From: Vicugna vicugna
Lineage: Eukaryota
Reading direction: 5' to 3'
DNA: 64,000 bases
NCBI GenBank assembly: GCA_013265495.1
Contig: MU061579.1
Coordinates: forward strand, 1,547,319 to 1,611,318
This document shows, in pieces, positions 56,938 through 64,000 of the stretch (position 1 is the first letter of the stretch; each line of letters opens with the position of its first letter). The notes under the pieces are model-generated. The model was not told where the DNA came from. It made no database searches and was given only the letters and a program-made list of their open reading frames with translations. A program made the position numbers and the translations under genes.

Positions 56938-57938
56938 CACAGTACTAAGTAATCAAATCAAAAATAAAAGGGGGATGATAAGGCAGAAACACACAAAATA
57001 AGAAATTTCAAGGCGACTATAGCTGATGAGAAAGGTAAAAAAATTAATCAGCAAATTTGTAATTAGTAGGACTTTTTTTAAGAGAAGTGGGCTGGGTATG
57101 TTAGTGGTATGAATACATTGATGCCTCACTGTAAAGGAAAGTTTACTTTTAAATGCAAATACTAGACATCATTGTTTTGACTAAATGATTAAGCCTAGCA
57201 TTGCTCATGGTGAAACAGCTTGATACAAGCCTCTTGAGGTGTTGTAACAAAGTACACGGCATTACCCAAGAAGTACTTTGCCACATGTGTTTTATCTGGA
57301 TCTTACAAAATCTTTAAATCAAGTTCCCCATTAGAGGAAATACAGGTACACAGAGATCATCGAAACAGGCTACTTCCTCTCTCCCCATCCCCAGCCACCA
57401 CAGAGTACATACTGGACACAATTTAACCTATTTGGGGGTAAATTTCTTTCATTCTTTTCAGCAATAGAATAACTTTCTGGAAAAGATAAAATCAGCAATT
57501 TCTCCGACTACCTATCTTGCTCCCTCAGTTTCTGTTAAACTTTTCCTCTGAAAACACTAAGTGTTGGTTTCTATATACCTATTTTGTCTTAGATAACTTC
57601 TTCAAAAACTAATATTTGACTTGTACTAAATATTTGGTAGATTTGCCGCCAGTTGTGGGTAATAACATTTTTCTAGTAAGGTGTTGGCTTTTTGCACCTT
57701 GGTGGTGAATTAATACAAATTCTAAAATCCTGAAACAAGTATACCATTCCCCAGTGAGATACAACTCAGTCAATTTCCTGGAAGATCCTTGACTTCATCC
57801 AGAAATTCATAATGCCTCCTGCCACAAAGAAGTTTATGAAGTTGGAAAGTTTTGGGTTTCTTTTTTTCTTTTACCTTTATAACTTTAATGTAAAAATTCT
57901 GGTCTTTTTACTTATAAAGTATATTAATTTTTGGACTA

Positions 57939-58301
57939 TGCTATGGATTGAGTTGTGTTCCCCTCGAAATTCATATATTGAAGCCCTAACCCCAAAAGTG
58001 GCTGTATTTGGAGAGAGGGCTTTTAAGAAGGTATTAAGGATAAATTAGATTATAGGACATAATTCAATATGACTGGTGTCCCTGTAGGAAGAGGAAGAGA
58101 CAGCAGGGATGGGCGCACACAGAGAACAGGCCATGAACAGGCATTCATCTGCAAGCCAAGGAGAGAAGTCTCAGGAGAAACCAAATTTGCAAATACTTTG
58201 GTCTTGAACTTCCAACTTGCAGAACAGGGAGAAATAAATGTTTGTTGTTTAGGCCACCCATTCTAAAATATCCTGTTGTGGCAGACTAGCAGGCTAATAC
58301 A
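57939..58301 (+). mobile_element. MaLR solo LTR (MLT1A/B-like)
   Basis: tgctatggattgagttgtgttcccc...gaagccctaacccc...aataaatgtttgttgtttaggccacc...ctaataca. Confidence 0.92.
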
Positions 58302-59419
58302 CATTGTAATTTTTAAATCTCCCCCTAGAAATTTGATATCGAGGAGGATTTATATTAAAATCTGGAATTCCTAATACTGTTATCAGAGTCTATTTATACT
58401 CTCATTCAATCTAACGGCATAGCTTTGGAGGATCTTAGCTGGGGAAACATAACAAGCTTTGATTTAGAGTGGGAAATAAAAAAGCCAATGAATTTTCAGA
58501 TCAAACTTTAGAGGCTTGTGGGGAGCACAAATTGACAGTAACAGCCCTTCTAGAAGTATCGACAAAGGAGCAGCTGTTGGTGGTGTGCGTGCTGCTGCCT
58601 TAGGAATGAGGGAGGACCGTCCTGAGGGAACACTGAGCCCCTTCCTCGCGAGCAGTATCCACAGCTCCGGTTAAGCAGAAGCCTGAGACTCAAGTCAAAT
58701 TAATTAAGGAAATACAAACCAGTGTAATATTATAGGAGAAGAATTTCCTTTCCTTGGCTTTAGGTTTCCGTGTGGAAAGAGTTCTACCACAGTTACAGGA
58801 CTAGACTCTTTCCACCTCCTCACCGACTTCTCTGCAGGAAAAAAAATGGATTGTCTACCTGACTGCTAAGTTTGGAGTCAAGTCTAGGTGTGCCCGGCTC
58901 AAGAATTTTCTTTTTACTTTACCTTTGATGTCAGCTTACCTGCATAGGTTAAGCTTCTATTCTCCTGTCCTTCTCCATCTTCTAAACTGTATACCCATTA
59001 CTTGATAGGGAAGCCTCTGTGGTCCACCTCAGCCTGTGTCAGACTGAATATGACTGCCTATTTCCGGAGTGCAACTTTAGTAAGCCATTTGGCCATATCC
59101 AAGTCAGGCTTGTCTGTGTAGCTATTCTAGGATTAAAAAAAAAAAAAGGTGATGGTTGAATTTTCATCTGTTGACTTAAATTTACTTGCCAATTGTTTCC
59201 AAATTGAACGAGAAAGAGGACATCATGACTAGCTTATAGTATTTCAATAATGCAAATTAGTGTTCTCCAAAATAAATTGTTCCTTTCCCACGGAAATATG
59301 GGATAATCCAATGGGGAGTATTAAAAATAGTATTAGAATGTTCAGGATTTTTATCTAAAAATAAGAGAAAAGGCATTGTTGCATTAATACTTAATACAAG
59401 GAAAGACAGCTTTCTATTT

Positions 59420-59965
59420 ATGAACAATTGCTGTATGTGAGACATACTTTAGGTTCTGGGGAGCCAGTGATAAAAGAGACAGACAAAGATCCACCACATA
59501 AAACAGCTCCTTTCTGTCAAGGTTTTGTAAAATAGGGAAGCAAACGATTGCATATGTAATTTAAATTTAGTGATAAGTACAATGAGAACTAATAAGGCAG
59601 AGAAAGCAGATAGACCATGGTGGAGGGATGTTGAGAAAGATGCTACTTTTTAGGACCAAGTGTAAGATTTCAGCAGAGGCCAGAAGGAAGTAAAAGGGTG
59701 ACCCATGGGAAAAGGTCCTCTGACATGAAATATCATGGCATGTCTGAGGAAAAGAAAAGTGCTACATCATATGGGGGTGGTGTGGGCTTGGGAGATGGGA
59801 GGAGGAGCCAGCCGGAAGGAGAGGAGCCAGCACATGAGAGGTTTCCTGGCATGGCTGGGATTTTGGATATTAGTCAGTGTGTGATAGGTCATTGGAAACT
59901 TCTGAGCAGGTGAGGTAATGACACGATCTGATTTACCTTTTTAAATGATCTCTCTGGCTCCTGCA
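59420..59965 (-). mobile_element. L2 fragment
   Basis: taggttctggggagccagtgataaaagagacagacaaag...gacacgatctgatttaccttttt...tctctctggctcctg. Confidence 0.75.
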
Positions 59966-60159
59966 TGAAGGAAAATAAAAATGTATTGTGGAATGTTCTT
60001 CTTTTATTTTTAATGCAAGCATGTTAAAAAATGTTTGAGGGCCATTGATCCTAAAAATAAATGAATGTTTCAATTTTCTACACCTGCTCGTATGAGAAAC
60101 AGAGCAAGCCAAGATTTCTCTTAATGATATCCTAGAACTAATATGAAAATAGTATCAAT

Positions 60160-60392
60160 AGAAATGCCATGGGATTTAGGGTCAGACCAAAACTAGAAAT
60201 TAGTTCCAACTTGATCTCAGCCTAACCATGGGATGTCAGGTTAAGTTATTTGTGTTATGGGGGCCTCCATTTCTTTGTCTGCAAAATTACAATAATAATT
60301 ATCATCTGGATTGTTTCTGTACGGACTAGAGCGATGCGTATTGCATCGAGTCCAGAGCAGAAAAATCAATAAATGTTGTTTCTCATTATTAC
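60160..60392 (+). mobile_element. MIR SINE
   Basis: gggcctccatttctttgtctgcaaaatt...caataaatgttg. Confidence 0.6.
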
Positions 60393-61779
60393 TGATGGCC
60401 AGATATGTTGGGCAAACAGAATTCAAATAACAAAAAAAAAAAAAAAAAAAAAAAACATGAGTTAAATTTTGCAGAACTCTGCTGAGAATATCCAGATCTC
60501 CAGATTTCCCAAATGATGAATATAGGAAGGGTAGAGGATAAACTGCTAGGGGTAGAAGGCATAGTGGCAGAGACTGAGAAATAGTCAGGCCAAGGATAAA
60601 GTAACTAAGATGACAACCATATGGTCAGTAATAGACAAAGTTTCCCGCCTGTCACTTCCTCTGTTTGGAAAATAATGTCATTTCATTTCCGGAGAGGCCC
60701 TTGGAGACAATAAAGTACCCTTCCAGCCCCTGCAATAGATTAATGAATAATTTTATCAAACCATTCAGGATAACTCAAGTCCAAAATTACTTTCAAGGGA
60801 AGAAACCATTTAATTGAGGCAAAATTGTTTGGTTTTGCTCCAATTATCCAGATAATTGCTTTCATTTTGTGTTTTACTTTTCGTGTGTTGGCAACCACTT
60901 GGTCTTGTAATCCAGCATTTGCTTTCTTTTCATGCTCCTTTGTGCACAAGTTGGAAGATACAACCTCATTCCTCTGTAACTTTGTTCTTTTCCATGTCAT
61001 TGATTTCTCCCTGTGGATCTAATCGAGCTTAAGCTTGCTTATGTTCATTTGTTTTCTGTTTGTCACGAGTAACTCTGATGATGTAGTCTTGTTTCTGAGA
61101 ATAATGTGTTTACTGGAGACTTACTGTTGCAGAACAAAGTGAAGAAATAAGGCATATGGGAGAGAGAGGTTGGGTGGGATGAGAACATCTTCAAATAATA
61201 GAACAGAATGTTACTTAATCAGTAAAAAAGAAAGTGAATGCTTGGCAATAATCTTTTTTTTTTTAAATGTGGAAAAGAAAAAGAAAGTGTAGGAGAAAAG
61301 AAAAGCAAAAACAAGGTAGGCCATAGCCAACTGATAAATTTAGTACCTGAAATAAATTCTGAAACATACTCCATAATCAAATATTATAGTTTTCTAAGCG
61401 GTGACCACAGTAATCGGATGATTTCCAAAATTTCACGGAAAATTGCCATGTGTAAACCATGCCTAATGATATTAGTAAAGCCATTTCTCTACTTTATGTG
61501 TGTATATGCATGTGTGTATATTATCCACGGAGAAACACATTTAAGAATATATCTCTCATAATGACGTGGCAGGTAAATGAACATCTGATCGTATGATTCA
61601 TTGTACATGCACTCTGATCTAAAAGAACATTCCTAATAAGTGTTCAGGTGAGCATTCCTTGAAGTATGTCCTCTAGAATTCTTGTCCCACAAGTTGCTTT
61701 ATAAGCATGTTCTCTGTGATCAATTTCACTTGAAAATTCTCTCTCTAGGTATTTGCTTCAAGCTTTTTTTCAGATGTCC

Positions 61780-62402
61780 TGTTGAAACCAAGCCCTCCAG
61801 TCTTCAAAAGCCCCTCTGTGTTCTCAATTTTTTATCTGTAGAAAATGGCTTTAGTCTCCTACGGCTTCCTTAGGTCCCAAAGAAAAAACTCAAGCAGTTA
61901 TTAACTAGGGAAATGAGGAATTGTAGAAACAAAGGAAAGGCAGTCAAGCAAGAAAAGAATGATAGTTCAGTGACAGAACAGAGTCCTAGCTTCTCTTCAG
62001 GGCACATACAGAGCAACTTGAGGCACATCGCTGAGTTGTTCTGCAGAAGCTAAGGGTCCCCCACCCACCCAGGCAAAGGATGTTGCTGAACACAAGCACA
62101 TAGACCCCAGACTCGTTGGAACCAGAAGATTGATGATTCAGATTCCTAAAACATCACCCTGTTATCTCACCACCAATCAATCAGAAGAAAGTCCAGGAGC
62201 TGCAACCCTTATCCCAAACATTGCCTTTAGAAACCCTCCCCTGAAAGCCATCTTGGATTTTGGGTCTTTTGAGCATTAACTGCACCTTCTCCTTGCTTGG
62301 CACCCTGATATAAATGTTATGCTTTCCTTCACCACAGCCCAGTATCAATAGATTGGCTCTGCTGCATGGTGAGTGAGCAGATCCAAGTTCACATCAATAA
62401 CA
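61780..62402 (+). mobile_element. ERV1-class solo LTR, related to 32524-33032
   Basis: Collinear motifs with the reverse complement of the 32.5-kb LTR (agaaacaaaggaaa; tttgggtc; ctttccttcaccac; gattggct); ends ...aataaca; 5' boundary approximate. Confidence 0.85.
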
Positions 62403-62480
62403 ATTCATAAACATCAGCAAATTACCAGAATTAATTCTTCTGTTATGTATTAGTCACAGAAAATAATACAGGGGAAAGCC

Positions 62481-62669
62481 TTTTTTTTTTAATTGAAGTA
62501 TTGTTGATTTACAGTATTGTGTTAGTTTCAGTTGTACAGCAATGATTCAGTTATACACATATATGTATATCATCTATATTCCTATCTTTGATTCTTTTCC
62601 ATTATAGGTTATTACAAGACTTTGAATATAGTTCCCTGTGCTAGACAGTTAAACCCTTGTTGTTTATCT
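62481..62669 (-). mobile_element. Short L1 3' terminal insertion
   Basis: poly-T followed by aattgaagtattgttgatttacag...aatatagttccctgtgcta; weak TSD-like flanks (ggggaaagcc / gggaagagct). Confidence 0.88.
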
Positions 62670-64000
62670 AGGGAAGAGCTATTTTTAACAAATGGCTTTT
62701 AATAAATGGCATCTTGATACATTTGATACATACTACCTTTTTTTTTTAATCAGTGCTTTCCAAACTCCCTTTATTACCTTTTTTTAAATTACTAAATTGT
62801 TTAATAAAAATACAGGTCCTCACCACCTGCCCAATGCTTCAATCAATGCACAGAATGTTAACCAAGTGTTTGTTTAGCTTAAAGACTAAACACATATATA
62901 AGCATAGATTTAAGCCCAACAGGAAAAGAAGGACCTGTTTCTATTCATATGGTTACATATTACTTTTCTGGGGGGTGATTTATTGTACATATGCTATATC
63001 CGAAACACATGGCCTGTCTTGTAGATCTTACCAGTCCTAAAGATCTTTCAGGCCCCAGGCCTCAAAGAGATCACAATCTAGTTGAGAAAACTATCTTTTA
63101 TTAATAGCTATGAAATAATGTGGTAGTGATTAGCTCTAATGAAAAGATTAAGAAGGAGGCAGCAGGTTGGAGGAGGGTACAGTAAAATTAATTGAAGAAA
63201 TAATTGCATTCTTGTAAAAAGACAATAGATTATTAGGAAGTGAATTTAACTGTATTGAAATGTGACCTATATTTTAGGCTACAAACAAAAACTGGCAGAT
63301 TTTCCACACTCTTAAAATGAACTAAACCACAGTGGAGTGGTTCTGCTCATTTTGAGTATCACAATAAGAGATGTAAATCTCTGCGTGGACCTGGAGTCCA
63401 TAGGCATTGAAGATGGATGGCTGAAGGACCCGAATCAGTCATGCTGTGATCCACTAGAATTTCACTCTCCAGTCTAGAGAAAGGGTACAGGTGATCTCAT
63501 TATAGGCGCTTGCTAGAGAAAGAAGCTGAATTGTGAAATAAACTCCTGATGACTATAGTCTTCTCCCTGTGGAGAGATTTGCATCACAAAAATTCCCTCA
63601 TCACTGATCTTGTCATTATTCATATTGATGGTGTCAGCAGAGGAAACAAGAGCTGAATGTCTCTGAACAATAAACTTCTGATTTACCTTCATTTTAGTAG
63701 GAAGTTGTGCTATGTCCTGAATTAGAAAAAAAAGTCAGAAATAAACTTTAATAAAAATCACTTAGATTGGAAGTTATGTTGAGCTTTACATTTTCCAGCA
63801 GAGCTTATGTGATTTTGTATAAATAAGTTTCCTGTGTATCTATAGGAACACACTTTGTTTACTCATTTATCCAGTATATCCAATATCATTTTAACAAGTC
63901 CCATTGTCTTCTCTTCTTTACACATGCCCAACTCTGATATTTCATATAGAAAAGTAATGAAATAAAAGCAGTTAAACACTATTTTTGAATAGAGTATCCT

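Noticed and set aside
60432..60455. 24-nt poly-A as the tail of a processed pseudogene
   Set aside because: Upstream sequence is MIR-derived, with no ORF or TSD; probably a simple mononucleotide run
32524..62402. Possible provirus bounded by two related LTRs
   Set aside because: The LTRs are in opposite orientation and diverged, the first has its own TSD, and no gag/pol/env lies between them

Overview
This 64-kb window is AT-rich, CpG-depleted mammalian genomic DNA, most likely from a camelid: it carries a tRNA-derived SINE resembling vic-1 and several closely similar young L1 3' ends. It is intron-like or intergenic. I cannot support any protein-coding gene. The ORF track consists of L1 ORF2 relics, LTR-derived frames and chance ORFs. 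Much of the window is interspersed repeat: young 5'-truncated L1s (some with visible target-site duplications), old L1M relics, ERV1/MaLR/ERVL solo LTRs, MIR, L2, hAT MITEs and microsatellites. Repeat family names come from remembered consensus motifs, not a database search, and boundaries of old elements are approximate. The most notable non-repeat signals are three plus-strand exon-like segments with strong splice signals (about 18.65, 23.77 and 27.88 kb) and two CpG-retaining unique blocks (about 58.6 and 60.7 kb). These may belong to a large plus-strand gene or lncRNA that I cannot name. I found no convincing evidence of a novel biological system.
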